18,215 nt of DNA from Candidatus Hodarchaeota archaeon (GTDB taxonomy: Archaea; Asgardarchaeota; Heimdallarchaeia; Hodarchaeales; Hodarchaeaceae): NCBI GenBank assembly GCA_016839785.1, contig JAEOTQ010000176.1, positions 1 through 18,215 on the forward strand, read 5' to 3'. Below, piece by piece: positions 1-7,248 of the stretch. The number at the start of each line of letters is the position of its first letter. Position 1 is the first letter of the stretch. The translations under genes and the position numbers were made by a program. The notes beneath the pieces were generated by a model. It saw only the letters and a program-made list of their open reading frames with translations, searched no databases and had not been told where the DNA came from.

Positions 1-245
1 CATCCTTGTTTAAAGAAATCTAGAGACAATTCTTTCCATTGTCCGACCTCTTTCCTAATCTCATCTCTAATTGGTGGATTAACTGAAGCAGCAATTTCAA
101 CTATGATATCCAGAGCTTCTGGCGTGTTCACACTTACTTTATCAGTTAGAGCTTTCTTTTCTTCCGAATTATTCCCGTTTCGAGGATCCCCTTGAACAAA
201 CAGCTCAGTAATCTCTGAAACTACTCCTAAGAGCCATGTTACCAT
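1..245 (-). CDS. Hypothetical protein, 5' part only (runs off the left edge)
   Basis: Not in the ORF track. Manual translation from ATG at 245 is open to position 1: MVTWLLGVVSEITELFVQGDPRNGNNSEEKKALTDKVSVNTPEALDIIVEIAASVNPPIRDEIRKEVGQWKELSLDFFKQG... Composition is protein-like and an AT-rich intergenic region lies upstream. No family recognised. Confidence 0.75.
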   Translation of the reverse strand, partial: MVTWLLGVVSEITELFVQGDPRNGNNSEEKKALTDKVSVNTPEALDIIVEIAASVNPPIRDEIRKEVGQWKELSLDFFKQG

Positions 246-666
246 TAAGTAATTTCAAATTTGCATCAATCATTTATGAACAATCGGAAATTAGCAATTC
301 ATCATGATGAACTCACAAAATACAAACGAATTGTTTCGGAAATATTAGGTTTTAATTAGATCTACACCTAATTATTGTAATCGGGTTCGACTCAGCTGTA
401 ATTCCTGAATATTGTGTAATATATTTTAAAAAATGAATAGAATGTATTGAATCTGGCAGGTTTTTCGATCGTTTTTGTTTTTCATTTACGGTTGAATTAA
501 TTAGATAACTTATTTTAACCAGTTATTTGGAGAAGGAAATTAATACACAATTGAAATGATTTTTTTAGTTAATTATTTCTTGATTAAATACACTAGAGTA
601 TCTCTCCATCCGAATCGATTAGAAATATTTTATGTAATTGTGAAGGCTAAACAGTAGGAAATCTTA

Positions 667-1560
667 ATGGTAGTAGTTTCTCAAATCTGGATTCAACATC
701 TTAATTGTATGCAAATCATTGGACATTGTCATTTACGAGTCGGATCAGACCTAGAACCAATTCTTGGAGGATCATTGTATACCGCTCTTGTTACCGCTCT
801 TGCAGAAATAGAACCTCCTCCAAATATTTATATTATGTCAGGAGTTTATGGCTTCAGAATCCCTGATAATGAAGGTATCGGATTTTTTACAATCCAAAAT
901 AAGAATTTTCGAATATTTTTCCTATGCGAAGGTCTATTTGGAAGAGGTATTCCCTATTTAGCTGGAACGGCTATTTCTCGAAGAATAAGAAATCTTTTCA
1001 ATTGGCTTGAGTCTGAAATATCAACTGAAGACTGCGGATTGGCTCATGCTTCAAATCAGGATGATTCTTTTTGGTTTGATCTTATAGTTTCACTTGGCTT
1101 TGGTCGAAATCTGCCGATTGACCAGTATGAAAAAATTTACCCCTTAAGATATATTGAAATTCATGCATCACGTACGGAGTCAAATGAGGTTGTAGTGAAT
1201 AATTTAGAAACCTCTGAAATGGCTGCTCAATTATCCTATGGTTGGGAACATATAGATGAGGTGATCGCTACAAAGATACAAGGGATTTTCTCAAGACCCC
1301 ACTTCAGCTTTATTGTATATGAATCTCTATTCAATCAGATCTCTGAATTTCTACCAGAGTTTCAACCAAATACAATCATCCTAACTTACTCCCGTGGTGA
1401 CCTGCTTGTAAATCTAAGCTCCATCGTTTCGTTTCTAAACATTACTGAAAACTCCCTAATGATTCGCTACTGTCTTCCGATGTCTCGAGAATTGGAAGTC
1501 GAAGGAAGCCAAACAGTTCATTCCTTCCTTCGATCTATTTATTTAGCAACGTTAGTATGA
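667..1560 (+). CDS. Hypothetical protein, probable N-terminal longin-like domain
   Basis: 297-aa ORF. The N-terminus follows the longin beta-beta-alpha-beta-beta-beta-alpha order (VSQIWIQH / IIGHCHL / DLEPILGGSLYTALVTALAEI / ...FRIFFLC / ISRRIRNLFNWLESEI). The CDS is well supported; the fold call is inference. Confidence 0.6.
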   Translation: MVVVSQIWIQHLNCMQIIGHCHLRVGSDLEPILGGSLYTALVTALAEIEPPPNIYIMSGVYGFRIPDNEGIGFFTIQNKNFRIFFLCEGLFGRGIPYLAGTAISRRIRNLFNWLESEISTEDCGLAHASNQDDSFWFDLIVSLGFGRNLPIDQYEKIYPLRYIEIHASRTESNEVVVNNLETSEMAAQLSYGWEHIDEVIATKIQGIFSRPHFSFIVYESLFNQISEFLPEFQPNTIILTYSRGDLLVNLSSIVSFLNITENSLMIRYCLPMSRELEVEGSQTVHSFLRSIYLATLV

Positions 1561-1598
1561 CTTGAGTAACATCAATAAAAGCTTTAGAGCGAGGTATA

Positions 1599-2543
1599 TT
1601 GGCGCAAACACCTAGAAAGACCATATCCTTAAATTTTATTGTTAATTCTTTAATTATTGTCGTATTATGGTCAACACCCCCCTTAGTATCGAAAATATGG
1701 GTTAGTAACGAGGCTTTGTTTCCAGGACTGTTTTTTGGATTCTTACGTTACATTCTTGGCTTCTTAACCTTATTCTTGATGTTGACCACTCGTCGAAGTA
1801 TAGGTAATTTTCTAGAACTTTTGTTTCAGAGACCCAAGGCAATAATTTTTTGTGCTTCATGGTTGGTTTTGATGATAATTGGGCAAAATTTCTCAATCCT
1901 ATTTATACTCGGTGCATCAAGCTCTATTCTACTAAATTTCAATCCTGTACTAGTTTATTTGATCGCTCCATTACTTTTCGTAGATGAATCATATTCTACG
2001 CAGAAATCTATAGCAGTTCTACTCTCAACAATTGGTATTTTCTTGGTGTTTCTGGCATCTAGCGATCTACTTGGAAACGACCTGAATCTTTTTCTGCTAG
2101 GTAATTTTCTTGGTTTTCTATCTGGTGTTGCTTGGGCAGGTTATTCTCTTTCACTTAAAAAATTGTTTCCAGATGAATCCACAATGGAAGTGACCGCTCT
2201 CAACCTGGGTGTTGCTGCGGTTTTCCTCCTTGTTTCTTCACTAATTACTGAGAATCTCCCTCCAATAAGTAGTTACACTCTAGAAAGTGTAACTGGGTTA
2301 TTGATAATTGGAGTGGGTGCTGCTGCAATCGCTTTCACGTTGTATTTGCAACTTGTGCAAAGTTATGGTGCAGTTCAAGCTGCTAATATTCAATTTTTAA
2401 TTCCACTATTCTCATTGCTATTTGCATGGATATTTATAGGGGAATTTTCATTTATGGCATTAATAGGGGGAATTATTTGCGCTATAGGTGTAGCTGTGAT
2501 CACTGCTCCCTTAGAAAGAAAAAGAAAAGATGAAGATAAGTGA
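1599..2543 (+). CDS. EamA/DMT-family (drug/metabolite transporter) membrane protein
   Basis: About 10 hydrophobic segments in two repeated halves with EamA hallmarks (LWS...VSK, FLRY, ASSSILLNFNPVLV, GNFLGFLSGVAWAGYS, AAAIAFTLY, G AVQAA...LIPLFSLLFAWIFIGE, GGIICAIGV). TTG start preceded by GAGGT. Confidence 0.92.
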   Translation: MAQTPRKTISLNFIVNSLIIVVLWSTPPLVSKIWVSNEALFPGLFFGFLRYILGFLTLFLMLTTRRSIGNFLELLFQRPKAIIFCASWLVLMIIGQNFSILFILGASSSILLNFNPVLVYLIAPLLFVDESYSTQKSIAVLLSTIGIFLVFLASSDLLGNDLNLFLLGNFLGFLSGVAWAGYSLSLKKLFPDESTMEVTALNLGVAAVFLLVSSLITENLPPISSYTLESVTGLLIIGVGAAAIAFTLYLQLVQSYGAVQAANIQFLIPLFSLLFAWIFIGEFSFMALIGGIICAIGVAVITAPLERKRKDEDK

Positions 2544-2550
2544 AGAGGAA

Positions 2551-4329
2551 TTACTCCTCAAAAACTTTGTCTAATTCTTCATCAGTTACTTCAAAAACAA
2601 CGTTGTGGGGTGGAAGAGGTTCGGTTTGGAAGAACTCAGGGAGACGATCATCAGCATTAGTAAATCCTGCTCTCTTATTAAACTCTCTTTCTTTTTTCAA
2701 AACATCCATTCCATAGGCAACTGCATCTATTGACGTATCTCCTAAAAAGCCATGAATAGATTGAACCATACCTTCAGAACCGGAAGCAATATCAAGAATA
2801 GCAAACGCAATAAAGAGACAGTAACCTGTTGAATCAATGAATGCTGTAGTCGCTTGAAAAGCTCGTGATAATTCAGCTTTATTTACATCCATCCTGTCTG
2901 GAGCTCCACCGACCTGAAGTATTTCTGGAGCTATTGTATATCCTTGTGTATGGTCACCACCTTGAGTACCAGTCGCATAAGTAACTCCTATTCCTCTGAT
3001 TGGACGAGGATCATATGCGGGTAGTGATTGACCTTTTACATGCGCAACATGAGTCACACCAAAAGCTTGGCCAAGTCCTAAGGCACCCAATCCAATTAAA
3101 TTACCCATAGGAGAATCTGAACCAACTTTCTTCAGAAAATCTATTGCACTAGGACCATCACCGAAGTTAAGCAAACCAGCTTCCATAGCTACGGCAATGG
3201 TATTTCCTGCTTCAATGGTATCAAGACCTAGGTCATTACAGATTCGATTAAGCTCAGATACATGGTAATGACTATCGATTTCACAATTGGTGCCTAATGC
3301 CCAAGCAGTCTCATATTCAAGGGGAGAAACTTGTAGTTTACCAGTATCCTCGTAGGGAACTACATTAGAACATTTTATTATACATCCTGGATGACATGCA
3401 TGAGCATATTGGGCTGGACTATCAGGAAATTTAGCTTTCACTTTATCTACCAGTTCATGTGTAGCTTCACCAGATATCTTTGCTGCTCCGTCAAACCTAC
3501 CTTCACGCCAGTTTCTCGTAGGAAGTGCCCCTGCTTCATTGATAATATTTTGAAGTACATTTGTCCCGAAATTTTTCAATCCACCATAAGGTTTTCCATC
3601 TTTCTCTAAATCACCTGTCACAGCGTGTTCATTTAGAGCTGCTACAAGCTTCTTTCGTCCCTCATCAAATAATTCTTTATTTACTGGAGAGGGGCGTTCA
3701 CCATCTGTATCATCTGTAATAATTGCTATGATACTTTTGGAACCAATGACTGCACCAAGACCACCACGACCCGCGTATCTCCCTGGGTCATTATTTTCAA
3801 CATTATTACCAAAAACACCAGCAGATCGCATTAATTTTTGACCTGCTATTCCACAACCTATAATCCCAGGTTTAGTTGGATATTTGTCCCATACTTTACC
3901 AATGAGATCATACAATCCCATACCTGCAAGCTCATTAGCTTCAACAATCTCAGCTGATCCCTTTTTGATAACCACATTATACCATTTTTCTCTCGATTTT
4001 GGTTGTCCTTCGAGAACTACCGCTTTGAGTCCTAGCTTAGCTAATTTCTGAGCCGTCAATCCTCCTGCATTAGCTTCTTTTATTCCTCTTGTTAACGGAG
4101 ATTTTCCACCCACACTCAATCGACCCGAACTAGGTGCATTTGTTCCTGTGACCAAACCTGGAGCAATCACAACCTTGTTAAATGGACCAAGGGGTTCACA
4201 AGTAGGAGGAACTTCATCAAAAACTATTGTGGAAGTTAAAGCTCGTCCACCGAGTTTTTTATATTTTTCAGGAAATTCTTCATATTTTATTGTCATATCT
4301 GACATGTTTACTCTCAATATTTGAGGCAT
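2551..4329 (-). CDS. aor: Tungsten-containing aldehyde:ferredoxin oxidoreductase (AOR family)
   Basis: AOR motifs: ILRVNM, GRLSVGGKSPLTRGIKEANAGG, AGRGGLGAVIGSK, GALPTRNW, Fe-S ligands CHPGCIIKC plus DSTGYC, EYET, GLDTIEAG, KGQSLPAYDPR, GFTNADDRLP. Start placed at ATG 4329 rather than GTG 4338 because the AGGTGG SD-like site (4335-4340) lies 5 nt upstream of 4329. Confidence 0.95.
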   Translation of the reverse strand: MPQILRVNMSDMTIKYEEFPEKYKKLGGRALTSTIVFDEVPPTCEPLGPFNKVVIAPGLVTGTNAPSSGRLSVGGKSPLTRGIKEANAGGLTAQKLAKLGLKAVVLEGQPKSREKWYNVVIKKGSAEIVEANELAGMGLYDLIGKVWDKYPTKPGIIGCGIAGQKLMRSAGVFGNNVENNDPGRYAGRGGLGAVIGSKSIIAIITDDTDGERPSPVNKELFDEGRKKLVAALNEHAVTGDLEKDGKPYGGLKNFGTNVLQNIINEAGALPTRNWREGRFDGAAKISGEATHELVDKVKAKFPDSPAQYAHACHPGCIIKCSNVVPYEDTGKLQVSPLEYETAWALGTNCEIDSHYHVSELNRICNDLGLDTIEAGNTIAVAMEAGLLNFGDGPSAIDFLKKVGSDSPMGNLIGLGALGLGQAFGVTHVAHVKGQSLPAYDPRPIRGIGVTYATGTQGGDHTQGYTIAPEILQVGGAPDRMDVNKAELSRAFQATTAFIDSTGYCLFIAFAILDIASGSEGMVQSIHGFLGDTSIDAVAYGMDVLKKEREFNKRAGFTNADDRLPEFFQTEPLPPHNVVFEVTDEELDKVFEE

Positions 4330-4436
4330 TATTACCACCTACGGTTTTATTTAGAAAATTACAAAGAAAATAATAATATCCAAAAGATAACCTTACGGTT
4401 TTTTGGAAGTTGATCGAGGTTAGAGCTCTTATGGAG

Positions 4437-4449
4437 TTTAAACTTTTCG
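4437..4449 (-). promoter_or_regulatory. Putative archaeal promoter (BRE + TATA) for aor
   Basis: Minus strand reads CGAAAA-G-TTTAAA, matching the archaeal BRE + TATA arrangement, about 110 nt upstream of the aor ATG. Confidence 0.5.
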
Positions 4450-4560
4450 ATCTTCGTAGTAAAATAATGCTACATTATGAAGTTTAGATAGATATATACC
4501 CCATTAGAATTAAAAAATTAAATTAACTTAAATATTGTGAGTTTTGAGTAAGTGGTTGAC

Positions 4561-4566
4561 AAAAAA
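4561..4566 (-). terminator. Possible oligo-T archaeal terminator after the ubiquitin-like gene trio
   Basis: Minus strand reads TAA-CTGACTCC-TTTTTT, a T6 run 8 nt after the stop codon at 4575. Confidence 0.35.
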
Positions 4567-4574
4567 GGAGTCAG

Positions 4575-4823
4575 TTATCCTCCACCTATAGGAGGAAAAA
4601 TAGCAATCTCATCATTTTCTTGTAAGATTTCGTCAAGTGACTTAATTGTAGTATGATTTCTCATTATGATTTTTGCTTCTTCGGTCGTGATCTTTAGTTT
4701 TTCTAATAACTGGTTGAACGTTGTATTTCCTGTTATTGTCAGAGAAAAAGATTCTCCTATTGCTAATCCTTCAGGCCCTCTATCACGAAGAGTAGCAAAT
4801 AATTTTACTTGAATTAAAACCAA
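4575..4823 (-). CDS. moaD: MoaD/ThiS/SAMP-family ubiquitin-like sulfur carrier, canonical C-terminal GG
   Basis: IQVKLFATLR...LLEKL...LQENDEIAIFPPIGGG* is a typical beta-grasp MoaD/SAMP signature. The start is re-assigned from 4889 to TTG at 4823 (82 aa): AGGTGA, which overlaps the upstream gene's stop codon, lies 4 nt before it, and the change removes a 62-nt overlap. Confidence 0.88.
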   Translation of the reverse strand: MVLIQVKLFATLRDRGPEGLAIGESFSLTITGNTTFNQLLEKLKITTEEAKIIMRNHTTIKSLDEILQENDEIAIFPPIGGG

Positions 4824-4827
4824 GTAC

Positions 4828-5166
4828 TCACCTGCTTGATTGGTGAAAATAATCATAATCTTTAGGAGCAGATTTAGTAATGAAACCATGACCTTTCAGA
4901 TGTTGTCCACCACATAAAAGGTACATACCCTCTGAAAAAATGGCTACACGTGAATTATCCTTGATTATAGGATTCTCATCCTTTTTTACTACTTTTCCAT
5001 CAACAAAACAGTCTCCACATTCCTCTGGTGAGAGTTTAAGTTCCCCAAACAATTCTTGAAGATGTAATCCCTCTCGATGTTCCTGTTTAATTATCATATT
5101 GTCTCCAAGGGAAGCATTTGGATCGAATTTCCTTTTTAAGAAACCATAGATATGAACTTCAATCAT
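4828..5166 (-). CDS. Atypical MoaD/ThiS-like (beta-grasp) protein with internal CGG and a 25-aa C-terminal extension
   Basis: MIEVHIYGFLKR...LQELFGELKL...CFVDGKVV...IIKDNSRVAIF follows the MoaD/ThiS pattern, then continues SEGMYLLCGG|QHLKGHGF...SR. Clear paralogue of 5201..5494. Confidence 0.8.
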   Translation of the reverse strand: MIEVHIYGFLKRKFDPNASLGDNMIIKQEHREGLHLQELFGELKLSPEECGDCFVDGKVVKKDENPIIKDNSRVAIFSEGMYLLCGGQHLKGHGFITKSAPKDYDYFHQSSR

Positions 5167-5200
5167 TGTTTGTCAGCTATCCTTCTTAGTAGGCCTTTGA

Positions 5201-5494
5201 TTAATCCTTCCATTTCTTAAGGTATAATCCCCCATCGATCAGCAGCATTCCACGAGAAAATATAGCAACTCGTGCATTTTTAGGAATAAGATCAGAATAA
5301 TCTTTAACAATCGTATGATTAACGAAACATTCTCCATAATCCGAATTTAATAGATTTAGCCTCCTTAGAAGCTGTTCAGCGGTTTCATTAATCAAATATG
5401 GCATTTTTATAATAGTATCTTCAGATAAGCTTGCATCTGGATCAAAAAGTCTTTTTAATGGGCCAAATACATGGATTTCCACCATTTCATTCAT
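5201..5494 (-). CDS. Atypical MoaD/ThiS-like (beta-grasp) protein with internal DGG and an 8-aa C-terminal extension
   Basis: MVEIHVFGPLKR...ETAEQLLRRLNL...CFVNH...IPKNARVAIF follows the MoaD/ThiS pattern, then continues SRGMLLIDGG|LYLKKWKD. The start could be 5494 or 5485. Confidence 0.8.
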   Translation of the reverse strand: MNEMVEIHVFGPLKRLFDPDASLSEDTIIKMPYLINETAEQLLRRLNLLNSDYGECFVNHTIVKDYSDLIPKNARVAIFSRGMLLIDGGLYLKKWKD

Positions 5495-5694
5495 TGCTTC
5501 TCGATATCCGTTGTTTTTATGATATGAGCAAATTTTTCCAAGAAATTAGTTCGCATTCTCGAATTATTATCCCTTCTTATAAAATTAAGTATGAAGGGAT
5601 CTGAATGTTTGTGCCACAAAGTATTTTTTCGTAGAAAACTTATTTAGGGTTTTTATGCTATATATGGAAAATTTCGTACATCTGGTGAAATTAC

Positions 5695-7248
5695 ATGTGT
5701 AAGAGGAAAGGTGGAGAAAATTTTGTTAAAACGGGTTATATCATAATTATTTTATTCAGCGTTCTTTTTATTGTCTCTACATCTTGTAGAAATTGGACTC
5801 GGACATCAGAGGTTACTTATCAAGGATTTGACAGTGAACTTAAAAGTCAGGAAGTGATCATTTCACCTACACGTCAGATTAGAAAGAGAGTAACATTACC
5901 AAGTGATTATGTACTCTATTTACCATTGGATGAGAATACTGGGGATCAAGCAAATGATCAGTCGAACAATGAAAATGACGGTGACATTATTGGAGCTGCT
6001 TGGACTGATGGTAAAATAGGAAGCGCATTACATTTCGATGGTAATGATTGGATTCAAGTAGCGAATCATGCTAGTTTGAACCCGACATCACAGTTGACAA
6101 TTATGGCATGGATAAAAGCAGATAATTGGAATAATAATGGTAGAATTTTACAAAAAGGAGAAGGGGATAATCAATATCATATTTGTGCTTCAAACTCTGG
6201 AGGTGAAAATGTCCTATGGTTTCACTTATCAGGAATCGGAGGTATCAATTACTCTCCATTACCCTCAAATGGAAATTGGCATCAAATTGTAGGTACTTAT
6301 AATGGTTCTACGATTAAATTATATATAAATGGGCAGGAAGTAGCGACAGAAGAAGCTAGTGGAGAATTACAAACTACTACAGACGATCTTAGAATTGGAG
6401 CCAAGACTAATGATCCCGCAGACTTTTTTCATGGTGTATTGGATGAGATCTACATCTTTGACCGAGCACTAAGTTCGGATGAAATTTCTGATCTACCACA
6501 TTCAATTTTACCCCCACAAATTTTATATCCCAAAGGTGGGGAAACACTTGAAGGAATTGAAACCATACAATGGTTCGCTGCGTCAGATTCACTGGATCAT
6601 TCTATTTCCTATGATATACTATATTCGGTTGTTAATAGGAACGACTGGATTCCGATAGCTTCTGGATTAACTACAACATATCCAGGAATTAACTCAGTAT
6701 CAGGAAATTATGAATGGGATACCTCACAACTCAGTCATGGTACAAATTTCCTAATTAAAATTATCGCTAGATGTTCAGAGGGAGTTGAAATTGAAGATGT
6801 ATCTAATGAATCATTCTTGGTCCATTATCTTACTCCGCCTTCCATATCCACAAATGCCCGAACACTTCGAGGGCTTGTTACAATTCAATGGACTGCGTCA
6901 ATCGATTCATTAAATCAAGATGTAACTTACTCTCTGTATTATTCAACTTATATCGATCCAAACTGGAAACCAATAGCTTCTGGGTTAGTTACAACGAGTT
7001 ATGTTTGGAACACTACCAATATCCAAGATGGGCGTAAATATAAGATAAAAGTTGTAGCTACAAGTCTCAATGGATTATCTTCAGAAATTATTTCTCACAC
7101 TTTTTCCATTGATAATCTTCCAACAGACTATACTTTGTTTATTTTTGGATTAGCAATTGTTGCTATTATACCTGAAGTGTACATAGGCAAAAGATTTAGT
7201 AGATATGTGAAACATCCACAATTAGAAGAAGGAGTGGAGTCACGATGA
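5695..7248 (+). CDS. Membrane-anchored surface protein: signal/TM + LamG-like (concanavalin A/Laminin_G_3) jelly-roll + two Ig/FN3-like repeats + C-terminal TM
   Basis: Hydrophobic N-terminal segment. LamG_3 motifs (LYLPLDE..G..A.D.S, GKIGSALHFDG, LTIMAWIK, WHQIVGTYNGSTIKLYING, LRIGA, FFHGVLDEIYIFDRALS) at about 5908-6495. C-terminal LFIFGLAIVAII followed by KR. GGTGA SD-like site 6 nt before the ATG. Confidence 0.88.
   Translation: MCKRKGGENFVKTGYIIIILFSVLFIVSTSCRNWTRTSEVTYQGFDSELKSQEVIISPTRQIRKRVTLPSDYVLYLPLDENTGDQANDQSNNENDGDIIGAAWTDGKIGSALHFDGNDWIQVANHASLNPTSQLTIMAWIKADNWNNNGRILQKGEGDNQYHICASNSGGENVLWFHLSGIGGINYSPLPSNGNWHQIVGTYNGSTIKLYINGQEVATEEASGELQTTTDDLRIGAKTNDPADFFHGVLDEIYIFDRALSSDEISDLPHSILPPQILYPKGGETLEGIETIQWFAASDSLDHSISYDILYSVVNRNDWIPIASGLTTTYPGINSVSGNYEWDTSQLSHGTNFLIKIIARCSEGVEIEDVSNESFLVHYLTPPSISTNARTLRGLVTIQWTASIDSLNQDVTYSLYYSTYIDPNWKPIASGLVTTSYVWNTTNIQDGRKYKIKVVATSLNGLSSEIISHTFSIDNLPTDYTLFIFGLAIVAIIPEVYIGKRFSRYVKHPQLEEGVESR
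6499..7116 (+). repeat. Two tandem ~100-aa Ig/FN3-like domains (about 6499-6822 and 6823-7116)
   Basis: Both copies share TL.G..TIQW.A..DSL...(I/V).Y...YS, W.PIASGL.T, Y.W(D/N)T and G....IK(I/V)(I/V)A. Confidence 0.85.

Noticed and set aside
383-393. GGGTTCGACTC, resembling a tRNA T-loop
   Set aside because: The flanks do not form a 5-bp T-stem, and no acceptor, D or anticodon arms can be built.
4828-4830. TGA readthrough (selenocysteine) or fusion of ubiquitin-like genes into a poly-Ubl
   Set aside because: The downstream MoaD is in a different frame and has its own SD. Readthrough gives a short meaningless peptide that hits another TGA.
4824-4889. N-terminal 22 codons of the ORF-track MoaD call, implying a 62-nt gene overlap
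   Set aside because: A TTG at 4823 with AGGTGA 4 nt upstream gives a normal-length MoaD with no overlap.
5695-5790. Lipoprotein lipobox (VSTSC) in the LamG protein
   Set aside because: Poor match to the [LVI][ASTVI][GAS]C consensus, and the protein already has a C-terminal TM anchor.
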